DNA of 64,000 nucleotides from Octopus vulgaris (lineage: Eukaryota), in NCBI GenBank assembly GCA_951406725.2, contig OX597814.1:190340001-190404000 (forward strand), written 5' to 3'. The notes under the pieces were generated by a model, which had not been told where the DNA came from, did no database searches, and worked only from the letters and a program-made list of their open reading frames with translations. This document shows, one piece after another, positions 62,780 through 64,000 of the stretch. Positions within the stretch are counted from its first letter, which is position 1, and the number at the start of each line of letters is the position of its first letter. A program made the translations under genes and the position numbers.

Positions 62780-63440
62780 GTATACAGTGCTCAGGTGCAC
62801 CACAACTTGTCAAAAGTGCATATAAAGCATATGCAGTAATGTACAAATGTCTGGAAAGTGAACAGTGTATGAGTCAGATACAAGCCTTCATGTGTATGGA
62901 GGGGAGAAAATCAGGTGCAGTGTTGGCGAATCTCAGGAAGCATGGAAGTTTTGAAGGATGCAGTGCTCTGACAACTAACAACTTTTTCCATGCTTCAGTA
63001 ACTCTTAGCATAAAAAAATGTTTCCTAAAGTCATGGGAGCTGCGCTGTTTTCTGACTTTGTAAACATGTCCGCGGGTGTTAGACAGATGGAGTTTGAAAA
63101 GGTGCTCAGAGTTATTGTTTGTAAGAGGGTTAATAATTTTATGGGTGTCTGCCGAGTCAGCTGCCAGATGTCAGAGTTTCAATGTATCCATGCCCAGGGA
63201 AGTAAGGCATTAAGAATATGACAAATGCCTGATGGAGGGTATTCTCTTGGTTGCATGTCGCTGATCGGTTTCCAGATGATTAATATCTTGGGCAAGATAG
63301 GGGTTCCAGACTGGTGATGCAAATTCCAGGTGAGGCCACACCAATTTTACACCAATTTAACATTTTTTGTATTTTTGTATAGTTGCTATGAAGAACTTGC
63401 GTTGATGTAGCTAGCCAGTGGTTGCCAATAAGGCTGATAG
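62780..63440 (-). mobile_element. CR1/L2-type LINE 3' fragment
   Basis: Minus-strand VWPHLEFASPVWNPYLAQDINHLE and NTRGHVYKVRKQRSSHDFRKHFFMLRVTEAW, typical CR1 ORF2 C-terminus. Confidence 0.8.
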
Positions 63441-63694
63441 TTGAGTTCTAAAGCAAAACACCTTGTCTAATACCACATTTTTGGTCGTTCAGGTCTCACA
63501 CCTTTTGAATGTTACACAGAGGACATCTTTAAAAATTTATGAAGCATAAATTGATTAGTTTTAACTCATAAATACCAGAACAACAACAACATGAAGATGC
63601 TCGGTGATCTTATTGTTGTAAGTGCTTTCAATATTAATGAACAAAAGCTACATTACATTTCTGCTATCTCAACATTTTAATCTGCCTCTTTTAG

Positions 63695-63760
63695 ACAGAT
63701 TTAGAAACCTACCGCAAAAAACTCCGTGCCCAGAAAGCTTCTGCAGTTTCTAGTGAACAG
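63695..63760 (+). CDS. FKBP15: FKBP15 exon (TDLETYRKKLRAQKASAVSSEQ)
   Basis: tttAG / GTAAGT; phase 0/0. Confidence 0.85.
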
Positions 63761-63902
63761 GTAAGTGGAAATGGTTTATTTTTGTTTAAAGATATTTCTT
63801 TGTACATTATTTACATTTGACGGATATTTGTCCTCATCTTGGCTAACCACAAAGCGGGGTGTTACTGTAGCTTTTTAGCCCCAGGAGATCATCGTCTCCA
63901 GC

Positions 63903-64000
63903 TGGCTTTAGGCACACTATCTGTGCCCTTATGGTATTTGCAAAGGGAAGCCATCCCTTTCAAATATACCATAAGGGCACAGATAATGTGCCTAAAGCCA
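63903..64000. repeat. Long inverted repeat (hairpin) running off the window end
   Basis: About 46-bp arms TGGCTTTAGGCACAYTATCTGTGCCCTTATGGTAT.. around loop AGCCA. Confidence 0.9.

Larger units (their letters stand above)
8918..63760 (+). other. FKBP15: FKBP15 (FK506-binding protein 15 / WAFL) gene span, 21 internal coding exons, incomplete at both ends
   Basis: Exons splice in frame through GT-AG sites. The peptide has FKBP15 hallmarks: YTAPKQPKK, YRILLY, PNNYAMFYD, FKBP domain, KARLISRMARMGQPMLP, MQNIQRIVQENERLK, coiled coil. Confidence 0.95.

Overview
AT-rich, repeat-dense eukaryotic genomic DNA. The SINE repertoire looks like Octopus/cephalopod (inference). The window holds 21 consecutive + strand coding exons (8918-63760, 2242 nt, about 747 codons, all GT-AG and phase-consistent) of an FKBP15/WAFL orthologue with a WH1-like N-terminal region, an FKBP PPIase domain, a Pro/Gln-rich linker and a coiled coil. 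The first and last exons were not found and probably lie outside the window. The introns carry several SINE families, RTE and CR1-type LINE remnants, Helitron-like elements, a full-length but frameshifted mariner (DD34D), a Merlin/IS1595-type transposase remnant and four related MITEs with 8-bp TSDs. The most notable observations are: two hammerhead-ribozyme-like motifs at 703-964, a Merlin parent/MITE/nested-MITE system, an FKBP domain that keeps canonical active-site residues, fixed-junction SINE multimers, SINE module shuffling, and several long intronic hairpins. Repeat boundaries were read by eye and are approximate unless a TSD is quoted.
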